Below are positions 44,301 to 56,300 of a stretch of 64,000 bases of DNA, in pieces. The notes under the pieces were generated by a model. It was given only the letters and a program-made list of their open reading frames with translations. It was not told the DNA's origin and made no database searches. How positions within the stretch are numbered: the stretch's first letter is position 1; every line of letters begins with the position of its first letter. Position numbers and translations under genes: made by a program. The stretch lies in NCBI RefSeq assembly GCF_036588685.1, contig NC_086379.1:74710001-74774000 (forward strand), read 5' to 3'. Source of the stretch: Mytilus trossulus (Eukaryota).

Positions 44301-47300
44301 ATATCTTACTTTGCCGAACATTATTGCTGTTTACAGTTTTTCTCTATCTATAATAATATTCAAGATAATAACCAAAAACAGCAAAATTTCCCTAAAATTA
44401 CCAATTCAGGGGCAGCAACCCAACAGTGGGTTGTCGGATTCATCTGAAAACTTCAGAGCAGATAGATCTGCACCTGATAAACAATTTCACCCCATAACAG
44501 ATTTTCTCTAAATGCTTTGGTTTTTGAGTTATAAGCCAAAAACTGCATTTTACCCCTATGTTCTATTTTTAGCCATGGCGGCCATCTTGGTTGGTTGGCG
44601 GGGTCACGCCACACATTTTTTAAACTAGATACCCCAATGATAATTGTGGCCAAGTTTGGTTTAATTTGGCCCAGTTGTTTCAGAGGAGAAGATTTTTGTA
44701 AAACTACGGACGACGACGACGGACGACGGACGCCAAGTGATGAGAAAAGCTCACTTGGCCTTTTAGGCCAGGTGAGCTAAAAAGTCATACAACATTGTAG
44801 AAGCCCAGCAATTTACTTTGATGATGTACATTTTTACTTCACCCCTTTGGTATCTTATTTTATTGGTACAGACGGACAAGGGTACAAATTGATGCCCCCA
44901 CCATTAAAGCAATGGCATAAAAATTTTCCTACCTTCGGGACACTGACAAAAGAAGTCATGATATCTTATGGAACAATTTCCTCTCTTACATACATCTGGT
45001 TTACAAAGTATTGGTTCTGTAAATATAAAATATGAAGAAATCAATTACTTCCATTGATTAAAAAGATGTGAATAAATAAGTGAAGTTCTATTCAAAGCTA
45101 CTGCAGTATATAATTCGGTTGATTTAAATTTCTATTTTATCAAGGCACTGTGTATTATGTGTTATTTATTTGTTGTTTTGTGCTGGACATTGGCTGAATT
45201 GTATAACATTTTGTCCAATTAGGGCCTGATGTAGCTTGCTATGCACTGCCAGTTTTGTTTAGTGTTGAAGACTGTGCAGTGTTATATAGTTGCTTAGATC
45301 TTCATCATTTGGTATCTGGTAGATAGTTGGCAATCATACTACGTCTCCTTATTTTTTACTCATTAAAGGCTCGTTTTATTACAGGAAATTTGCTCAGTGA
45401 TTCATACTATCCTTTTCTTGTAAAGTAGTTTGTCTTTTTTCAAATTTAGGGTACTGTTTTTTGGATTTTATACAAATATAATTTAATTTTGGATGCAACA
45501 CCTCTTCTGATTGGCTTACGTTATTTTGTTTTGAGCCCGTAGACATAATTTGGTCATGTGACCATGACGTCATCAACGTTTTTTCATGGTTTTCTACGGT
45601 TTAAAATGGAATTTAGAATTAAATTATAAGGAATGACTGTAATTTTTTTTCTTTCTATTCGAAATAACATAAAAAATGTGGTGCACACTACGCACGTTAT
45701 TCAGTGTGAACCAAATTTTTTATGTTATTTCTACATAGACAGAAAAAATATTAGTCATTCCTTAAAAAGCTTTGCCATTATTCCCATTTTTTTTTTTTTT
45801 TTAAAGTGTACATTGTAACTAAAAAATATATGATCCTTAACATCTTGAATATCTATAAGGCATTCTTCCTAAACCTTTAATCCTGACTTTAGTATGGCAA
45901 AAACTGAATATTTTGTTAAAGTTATTGAAATTGCTATAAAAACATTTTGTGCTGAGATAAATTCTCTGTGGCTCCAGATTTTTTTTGGAATTTGAAACTT
46001 ATAAACAGCCACATTATTGCACCTTATCATTTCATATGCTATCATATATAGATATACGTCATACTTGAAATAATGGTGAATACAATTTCATAGTTTGAAA
46101 ACATTCTAGTACATTCTGAATATTAACCTTACCTGCATCAAGACAATCAGAGGAATTGTCTGTACCATTTCTTAGAGTTATCTTATCATTGTCACACTCT
46201 ATACAATCAATAGCACCCTCTTTTGGTTGGTAGTAATGTAATGGACAAAGTCGACAATTTGGTTCATGACCAAAGATATTGTACTGTCCAGCTGGACATT
46301 TACCTGAAATAAAAGCCAATGAATAAAAGTGAGGGTGTCAATTTTCCTTTTTTTCTCTGTTCATGTGATGGTTGCTTGTTAAACTTTAGTTGATAAATAC
46401 TGAAAGAAGCATTTAAGGTCCAAAGCTAGTTGGTATTTGAATAGAAGAACAAAGACTGAAGAAGCAGTGTCAAATATCTCAATAGTTTTAGCCTTCAGTG
46501 TTTTATGATCAAAGCAGTGCCAACTATCTCAATAGTTTTAGCCTTCGGTGTTTTATGATCATAGCAGTGTCAAATATGTCAACAGTTTTAGCCTTCAGTG
46601 TTTTATGATCATAGCAGTGTCAAATATCTCAATAGTTTTAGCCTTCAGTGTTTTATGATTATAGCAGTGGCAAATATCTCAATAGTTTTAGCCTTCAGTG
46701 TTTTATGATCATAGCAGTGTCAAATATGTCAATAGTTTTAGCCTTCAGTGTTTTATGATCACAGCAGTGTCAAATATCTCAATAGTTTTAGCCTTCAGTG
46801 TTTTATGATCATAGCCGTGTCAAATATCTCAATAGTTTTAGCCTTCAGTGTTTTATGATTATAGCAGTGGCAAATATCTCAATAGTTTTAGCCTTCAGTG
46901 TTTTATGATCATAGCAGTGTCAAATATCTCAATAGTTTTAGCCTTCAGTGTTTTATGATCATAGCCATGTCAAAAATCTCAATAGTTTTAGCCTTCTGTG
47001 TTTTATGATCACAGCAGTGTCAAATATCTCAATAGTTTTAGCCTTCAGTGTTTTATGATCATAGCAGTGTCAAATATCTCAATAGTTTTAGCCTTCAGTG
47101 TTTTATGATCATAGCCATGTCAAATATCTCAATAGTTTTAGCCTTCAGTGTTTTATGATTATAGCAGTGGCAAATATCTCAATAGTTTTAGCCTTCAGTG
47201 TTTTATGTTTATAGCAGTGGCAAATATGTCAATAGTTTTAGCCTTCAGTGTTTTATGATTATAGCAGTGGCAAATATCTCAATAGTTTTAGCCTTCAGTG

Positions 47301-50300
47301 TTTTATGATCATAGCAGTGTCAAATATCTCAATAGTTTTAGCCTTCAGTGTTTTATGATCATAGCCATGTCAAATATCTCAATAGTTTTAGCCTTCAGTG
47401 TTTTATGCTTATAGCAGTGGCAAATATGTCAATAGTTTTAGCCTTCAGTGTTTTATGATCACAGCAGTGTCAAATATCTCAATAGTTTTAGCCTTCAGTG
47501 TTTTATGATCACAGCAGTGTCAAATATCTCAATAATTTTACCCTTCAGTGTTTTATGATCATAGCCATGTCAAATATCTCAATAGTTTTAGCCTTCAGTG
47601 TTTTATGATTATAGCAGTGGCAAATATCTCAACAGTTTTAGCCTTCAGTGTTTTATGATCATAGCAGTGTCAAATATCTCAATAGTTTTAGCTTTCAGTG
47701 TTTTATGATCACAGCAGTGTCAAATATCTCAATAGTTTTAGCCTTCAGTGTTTTATGATCATAGCAGTGTCAAATATCTCAATAGTTTTAGCCTTCAGTG
47801 TTTTATGATCACAGCAGTGTCAAATATCTCAATAGTTTTAGCCTTCAGTGTTTTATGATTATAGCCATGTCAAATATCTCAATAGTTTTAGCCTTCAGTG
47901 TTTTATGATTATAGCAGTGGCAAAAATATCTCAATAGTTTTAGCCTTCAGTGTTTTATGATCATAGCAGTGTCAATTATCTCAATAGTTTTAGCCTTCAG
48001 TGTTTTATGATCATAGCAGTGTCAATTATCTCAATAGTTTTAGCCTTCAGTGTTTTATGATCATAGCAGTGCCAAATATCTCAATAGTTTTAGCCTTCAG
48101 TCTTTTATGATTATAGCAGTGGCAAATATGTCAATAGTTTAGCCTTCAGTGTTTTATGATCACAGCAGTGTCAAATATCTCAATAGTTTTAGCCTTCAGT
48201 GTTTTATGTTTATAGCAGTGGCAAATATGTCAATAGTTTTAGCCTTCAGTGTTTTATGATCATAGCCGTGTCAAATATCTCAATAGTTTTAGCCTTCAGT
48301 GTTTTATGATCACAGCAGTGTCAAATATCTCAATAATTTTAGCCTTCAGTGTTTTATGATCATAGCCGTGTCAAATATCTCAATAGTTTTAGCCTTCAGT
48401 GTTTTATGATTATAGCAGTGGCAAATATCTCAACAGTTTTAGCCTTCAGTGTTTTATGATCATAGCAGTATCAATTATCTCAATAGTTTTAGCTTTCAGT
48501 GTTTTATGATCACAGCAGTGTCAAATATCTCAATAGTTTTAGCCTTCAGTGTTTTATGATCATAGCAGTGTCAAATATCTCAATAGTTTTAGCCTTCAGT
48601 GTTTTATGATCATAGCAGTGTCAAATATCTCAATAGTTTTAGCCTTCAGTGTTTTATGATAACAGCAGTGTCAAGTATCTCAATAGTTTTAGCCTTCAGT
48701 GTTTTATGATTATAGCAGTGTCAAATATCTCAATAGTTTTAGCCTTCAGTGTTTTATGATAACAGCAGAGTCAAGTATCTCAATAGTTTTAGCCTTCAGT
48801 GTTTTATGATTATAGCAGTGTCAAATATCTCAATAGTTTTAGCCTTCAGTGTTTTATGATCATAGCAGTGTCAATTATCTCAATAGTTTTAGCCTTCAGT
48901 GTTTTATGATTATAGCCATGTCAAATATCTCAATAGTTTTAGCCTTCAGTGTTTTATGATTATAGCAGTGGCAAATATCTCAATAGTTTTAGCCTTCAGT
49001 GTTTTATGATCATAGCAGTGTCAATTATCTCAATAGTTTTAGCCTTCAGTGTTTTATGATCATAGCAGTGCCAAATATCTCAATAGTTTTAGCCTTCAGT
49101 GTTTTATGATTATAGCAGTGGCAAATATGTCAATAGTTTTAGCCTTCAGTGTTTTATGATCACAGCAGTGTCAAATATCTCAATAGTTTTAGCCTTCAGT
49201 GTTTTATGATCATAGCCGTGTCAAATATCTCAATAGTTTTAGCCTTCAGTGTTTTATGATCATAGCCGTGTCAAATATCTCAATAGTTTTAGCCTTCAGT
49301 GTTTTATGATCATAGCAGTGTCAAATATCTCAATAGTTTTAGCCTTCAGTGTTTTATGATCATAGCAGTGCCAAATATCTCAATAGTTTTAGCCTTCAGT
49401 GTTTTATTATCACAGCAGTGTCAAGTATCTCAATAGTTTTAGCCTTCAGTGTTTTATGATCATAGCAGTGTCAAATATGTCAACAGTTTTAGCCTTCGGT
49501 GTTTTATGATCATAGCAGTGCCAAATATCTCAATAGTTTTAGCCTTCAGTGTTTTATGATCACAGCAGTGTCAAATATGTCAACAGTTTTAGCCTTCAGT
49601 GTTTTATGATTATAGCCATGTCAAATATCTCAATAGTTTAAGCCTTCAGTGTTTTATGATTATAGCAGTGGCAAATATCTCAATAGTTTTAGCCTTCAGT
49701 GTTTTATGATCATAGCAGTGTCAATTATCTCAATAGTTTTAGCCTTCAGTGTTTTATGATCATAGCAGTGCCAAATATCTCAATAGTTTTAGCCTTCAGT
49801 GTTTTATGATTATAGCCATGTCAAATATCTCAATAGTTTTAGCCTTCAGTGTTTTATGATTATAGCCATGTCAAATATCTCAATAGTTTTAGCCTTCAGT
49901 GTTTTATGATTATAGCAGTGGCAAATATCTCAATAGTTTTAGCCTTCAGTGTTTTATGATCATAGCAGTGTCAATTATCTCAATAGTTTTAGCCTTCAGT
50001 GTTTTATGATCATAGCAGTGCCAAATATCTCAATAGTTTTAGCCTTCAGTGTTTTATGATTATAGCAGTGGCAAATATGTCAATAGTTTTAGCCTTCAGT
50101 GTTTTATTATCACAGCAGTGTCAAGTATCTCAATAGTTTTAGCCTTCAGTGTTTTATGATCATAGCAGTGTCAAATATGTCAACAGTTTTAGCCTTCAGT
50201 GTTTTATGATCATAGCAGTGTCAAAAATCTCAATAGTTTTAGCCTTCGGTGTTTTATGATCACAGCAGTGTCAAATATGTCAACAGTTTTAGCCTTCAGT

Positions 50301-53300
50301 GTTTTATGATCATAGCAGTGCCAAATATCTCAATAGTTTTAGCCTTCAGTGTTTTATGATCACAGCAGTGTCAAATATCTCAATAGTTTTAGCCTTCAGT
50401 GTTTTATGATCATAGCCGTGTCAAATATCTCAATAGTTTTAGCCTTCAGTGTTTTATGATTATAGCAGTGGCAAATATCTCAATAGTTTTAGCCTTCAGT
50501 GTTTTATGATCATAGCAGTGCCAATTATCTCAATAGTTTTAGCCTTCAGTGTTTTATGATCACAGCAGTGTCAAATATGTCAATAGTTTTAGCCTTCAGT
50601 GTTTTATGATCATAGCAGTGTCAAATATCTCAATAGTTTTAGCCTTCAGTGTTTTATGATCACAGCAGTGTCAAATATCTCAAGTTTTAGCCTTCAGTGT
50701 TTTATGATCATAGCAGTGTCAAATATCTCAATATTTTTAGCCTTCAGTGTTTTATGATTATAGCAGTGGAAAATATCTCAATAGTTTTAGCCTTCAGTGT
50801 TTTATGATCATAGCCGTGTCAAATATCTCAATAGTTTTAGCCTTCAGTGTTTTATGATCATAGCAGTGTCAAATATCTCAATAGTTTTAGCCTTCAGTGT
50901 TTTATGATCACAGCAGTGTCAAATATCTCAAGTTTTAGCCTTCAGTGTTTTATGATCATAGCAGTGTCAAATATCTCAATATTTTTAGCCTTCAGTGTTT
51001 TATGATTATAGCAGTGGAAAATATCTCAATAGTTTTAGCCTTCAGTGTTTAATGATCATAGCAGTGTCAATTATCTCAATAGTTTTAGCCTTCAGTGTTT
51101 TATGATCATAGCAGTGCCAAATATCTCAATAGTTTTAGCCTTCAGTGTTTTATGATTATAGCAGTGGCAAATATGTCAATAGTTTTAGCCTTCAGTGTTT
51201 TATGATCATAGCAGTGTCAAATATCTCAATAGTTTTAGCCTTCAGTGTTTTATGATCACAGCAGTGTCAAATATCTCAAGTTTTAGCCTTCAGTGTTTTA
51301 TGATCATAGCAGTGTCAAATATCTCAATATTTTTAGCCTTCAGTGTTTTATGATTATAGCAGTGTCAAATATCTCAATAGTTTTAGCCTTCAGTGTTTTA
51401 TGATCATAGCCGTGTCAAATATCTCAATAGTTTTAGCCTTCAGTGTTTTATGATTATAGCAGTGGCAAATATCTCAATAGTTTTAGCCTTCAGTGTTTTA
51501 TGATCATAGCAGTGCCAATTATCTCAATAGTTTTAGCCTTCAGTGTTTTATGATCACAGCAGTGTCAAATATGTCAATAGTTTTAGCCTTCAGTGTTTTA
51601 TGATCATAGCAGTGTCAAATATCTCAATAGTTTTAGCCTTCAGTGTTTTATGATCACAGCAGTGTCAAATATCTCAAGTTTTAGCCTTCAGTGTTTTATG
51701 ATCATAGCAGTGTCAAATATCTCAATATTTTTAGCCTTCAGTGTTTTATGATTATAGCAGTGGAAAATATCTCAATAGTTTTAGCCTTCAGTGTTTTATG
51801 ATCATAGCAGTGTCAATTATCTCAATAGTTTTAGCCTTCAGTGTTTTATGATCATAGCAGTGCCAAATATCTCAATAGTTTTAGCCTTCAGTGTTTTATG
51901 ATTTTAGCAGTGGCAAATATGTCAATAGTTTTAGCCTTCAGTGTTTTATGATAACAGCAGTGTCAAATATCTCAATAGTTTTAGCCTTCAGTGTTTTATG
52001 ATCATAGCAGTGTCAAATATCTCAATAGTTTTAGCCTTCAGTGTTTTATGATTATAGCAGTGGCAAATATCTCAATAGTTTTAGCCTTCAGTGTTTTATG
52101 ATCATAGCAGTGCCAATTATCTCAATAGTTTTAGCCTTCAGTGTTTTATGATCACAGCAGTGTCAAATATGTCAATAGTTTTAGCCTTCAGTGTTTTATG
52201 ATCATAGCAGTGTCAAATATCTCAATAGTTTTAGCCTTCAGTGTTTTATGATCACAGCAGTGTCAAATATCTCAAGTTTTAGCCTTCAGTGTTTTATGAT
52301 CATAGCAGTGTCAAATATCTCAATATTTTTAGCCTTCAGTGTTTTATGATTATAGCAGTGGAAAATATCTCAATAGTTTTAGCCTTCAGTGTTTTATGAT
52401 CATAGCAGTGTCAATTATCTCAATAGTTTTAGCCTTCAGTGTTTTATGATCATAGCAGTGCCAAATATCTCAATAGTTTTAGCCTTCAGTGTTTTATGAT
52501 TATAGCAGTGGCAAATATGTCAATAGTTTTAGCCTTCAGTGTTTTATGATCATAGCAGTGTCAAATATCTCAATAGTTTTAGCCTTCAGTGTTTTATGAT
52601 CACAGCAGTGTCAAATATCTCAAGTTTTAGCCTTCAGTGTTTTATGATCATAGCAGTGTCAAATATCTCAATATTTTTAGCCTTCAGTGTTTTATGATTA
52701 TAGCAGTGGAAAATATCTCAATAGTTTTAGCCTTCAGTGTTTTATGATCATAGCAGTGTCAATTATCTCAATAGTTTTAGCCTTCAGTGTTTTATGATCA
52801 TAGCAGTGCCAAATATCTCAATAGTTTTAGCCTTCAGTGTTTTATGATTATAGCAGTGGCAAATATGTCAATAGTTTTAGCCTTCAGTGTTTTATGATAA
52901 CAGCAGTGTCAAATATCTCAATAGTTTTAGCCTTCAGTGTTTTATGATCATAGCAGTGTCAAATATCTCAATAGTTTTAGCCTTCAGTGTTTTATGATTA
53001 TAGCAGTGGCAAATATCTCAATAGTTTTAGCCTTCAGTGTTTTATGATCATAGCAGTGCCAATTATCTCAATAGTTTTAGCCTTCAGTGTTTTATGATCA
53101 CAGCAGTGTCAAATATGTCAATAGTTTTAGCCTTCAGTGTTTTATGATCATAGCAGTGTCAAATATCTCAATAGTTTTAGCCTTCAGTGTTTTATGATCA
53201 CAGCAGTGTCAAATATCTCAAGTTTTAGCCTTCAGTGTTTTATGATCATAGCAGTGTCAAATATCTCAATATTTTTAGCCTTCAGTGTTTTATGATTATA

Positions 53301-56300
53301 GCAGTGGAAAATATCTCAATAGTTTTAGCCTTCAGTGTTTTATGATCATAGCAGTGTCAATTATCTCAATAGTTTTAGCCTTCAGTGTTTTATGATCATA
53401 GCAGTGCCAAATATCTCAATAGTTTTAGCCTTCAGTGTTTTATGATTATAGCAGTGGCAAATATGTCAATAGTTTTAGCCTTCAGTGTTTTATGATAACA
53501 GCAGTGTCAAATATCTCAATAGTTTTAGCCTTCAGTGTTTTATGATCATAGCAGTGTCAAATATCTCAATAGTTTTAGCCTTCAGTGTTTTAAGATCATA
53601 GCAGTGTCAAATATGTCAATAGTTTTAGCCTTCAGTGTTTTTATGATCACAGCAGTGTCAAATGTCTCAATAGTTTTAGCCTTCAGTGTTTTATGATCAA
53701 AGCACAGTGCCAAATATCTCAATAGTTTTAGCCTTCAGTGTTTTATGATCAAAGCACAGTGTCAACTATGTGAATAGTTTTAGCCTTCAGTGTTTTATGA
53801 TCATAGCAGTGTCAAATATCTCAATAGTTTTAGCCTTCAGTGTTTTATGATAACAGCAGTGTCAAGTATCTCAATAGTTTTAGCCTTCAGTGTTTTATGA
53901 TTATAGCAGTGTCAAATATCTCAATAGTTTTAGCCTTCAGTGTTTTATGATCATAGCAGTGTCAATTATCTCAATAGTTTTAGCCTTCAGTGTTTTATGA
54001 TTATAGCCATGTCAAATATCTCAATAGTTTTAGCCTTCAGTGTTTTATGATTATAGCAGTGGCAAATATCTCAATAGTTTTAGCCTTCAGTGTTTTATGA
54101 TCATAGCAGTGTCAATTATCTCAATAGTTTTAGCCTTCAGTGTTTTATGATCATAGCAGTGCCAAATATCTCAATAGTTTTAGCCTTCAGTGTTTTATGA
54201 TTATAGCAGTGGCAAATATGTCAATAGTTTTAGCCTTCAGTGTTTTATGATCACAGCAGTGTCAAATATCTCAATAGTTTTAGCCTTCAGTGTTTTATGA
54301 TCATAGCCGTGTCAAATATCTCAATAGTTTTAGCCTTCAGTGTTTTATGATCATAGCCGTGTCAAATATCTCAATAGTTTTAGCCTTCAGTGTTTTATGA
54401 TCATAGCAGTGTCAAATATCTCAATAGTTTTAGCCTTCAGTGTTTTATGATCATAGCAGTGCCAAATATCTCAATAGTTTTAGCCTTCAGTGTTTTATTA
54501 TCACAGCAGTGTCAAGTATCTCAATAGTTTTAGCCTTCAGTGTTTTATGATCATAGCAGTGTCAAATATGTCAACAGTTTTAGCCTTCGGTGTTTTATGA
54601 TCATAGCAGTGCCAAATATCTCAATAGTTTTAGCCTTCAGTGTTTTATGATCACAGCAGTGTCAAATATGTCAACAGTTTTAGCCTTCAGTGTTTTATGA
54701 TTATAGCCATGTCAAATATCTCAATAGTTTAAGCCTTCAGTGTTTTATGATTATAGCAGTGGCAAATATCTCAATAGTTTTAGCCTTCAGTGTTTTATGA
54801 TCATAGCAGTGTCAATTATCTCAATAGTTTTAGCCTTCAGTGTTTTATGATCATAGCAGTGCCAAATATCTCAATAGTTTTAGCCTTCAGTGTTTTATGA
54901 TCATAGCAGTGCCAAATATCTCAATAGTTTTAGCCTTCAGTGTTTTATGATTATAGCAGTGGCAAATATGTCAATAGTTTTAGCCTTCAGTGTTTTATGA
55001 TCATAGCAGTGCCAAATATCTCAATAGTTTTAGCCTTCAGTGTTTTATGATCATAGCAGTGCCAAATATCTCAATAGTTTTAGCCTTCAGTGTTTTATGA
55101 TTATAGCAGTGGCAAATATGTCAATAGTTTTAGCCTTCAGTGTTTTATGATTATAGCAGTGGAAAATATCTCAATAGTTTTAGCCTTCAGTGTTTTATGA
55201 TCATAGCAGTGTCAATTATCTCAATAGTTTTAGCCTTCAGTGTTTTATGATCATAGCAGTGCCAAATATCTCAATAGTTTTAGCCTTCAGTGTTTTATGA
55301 TTTTAGCAGTGGCAAATATGTCAATAGTTTTAGCCTTCAGTGTTTTATGATAACAGCAGTGTCAAATATCTCAATAGTTTTAGCCTTCAGTGTTTTATGA
55401 TCATAGCAGTGTCAAATATCTCAATAGTTTTAGCCTTCAGTGTTTTATGATTATAGCAGTGGCAAATATCTCAATAGTTTTAGCCTTCAGTGTTTTATGA
55501 TCATAGCAGTGCCAATTATCTCAATAGTTTTAGCCTTCAGTGTTTTATGATCACAGCAGTGTCAAATATGTCAATAGTTTTAGCCTTCAGTGTTTTATGA
55601 TCATAGCAGTGTCAAATATCTCAATAGTTTTAGCCTTCAGTGTTTTATGATCACAGCAGTGTCAAATATCTCAAGTTTTAGCCTTCAGTGTTTTATGATC
55701 ATAGCAGTGTCAAATATCTCAATATTTTTAGCCTTCAGTGTTTTATGATTATAGCAGTGGAAAATATCTCAATAGTTTTAGCCTTCAGTGTTTAATGATC
55801 ATAGCAGTGTCAATTATCTCAATAGTTTTAGCCTTCAGTGTTTTATGATCATAGCAGTGCCAAATATCTCAATAGTTTTAGCCTTCAGTGTTTTATGATT
55901 ATAGCAGTGGCAAATATGTCAATAGTTTTAGCCTTCAGTGTTTTATGATCATAGCAGTGTCAAATATCTCAATAGTTTTAGCCTTCAGTGTTTTATGATC
56001 ACAGCAGTGTCAAATATCTCAAGTTTTAGCCTTCAGTGTTTTATGATCATAGCAGTGTCAAATATCTCAATATTTTTAGCCTTCAGTGTTTTATGATTAT
56101 AGCAGTGTCAAATATCTCAATAGTTTTAGCCTTCAGTGTTTTATGATCATAGTAGTGCCAAATATCTCAATAGTTTTAGCCTTCAGTTTTTTATGATCAT
56201 ACACATGTACATCTTTTCTCACCTTGCAATTACTTATTCCATTAGTGTTTTGTTTACTGGATTTCTGATTCTTATTTCAAAATTTGGTTTACCATTGACA

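Larger units (their letters stand above)
39618..44783. mobile_element. Helentron/HINE-type non-autonomous element, split by piggyBac, with a duplicated ~500-bp internal block
   Basis: Same start (AACTAGAGGCTCTAAAGAGCC) and end ((GAC)n/GGAC microsatellite, terminal hairpin AGCTCACTTGGCC...GGCCAGGTGAGCT, A-run) as the 60501 copy; family class inferred from architecture. Confidence 0.8.

Noticed and set aside
46463-56201. CRISPR-like appearance of constant plus variable segments
   Set aside because: The variable parts are point variants of one sequence, not unique spacers; eukaryotic intron and no cas genes.
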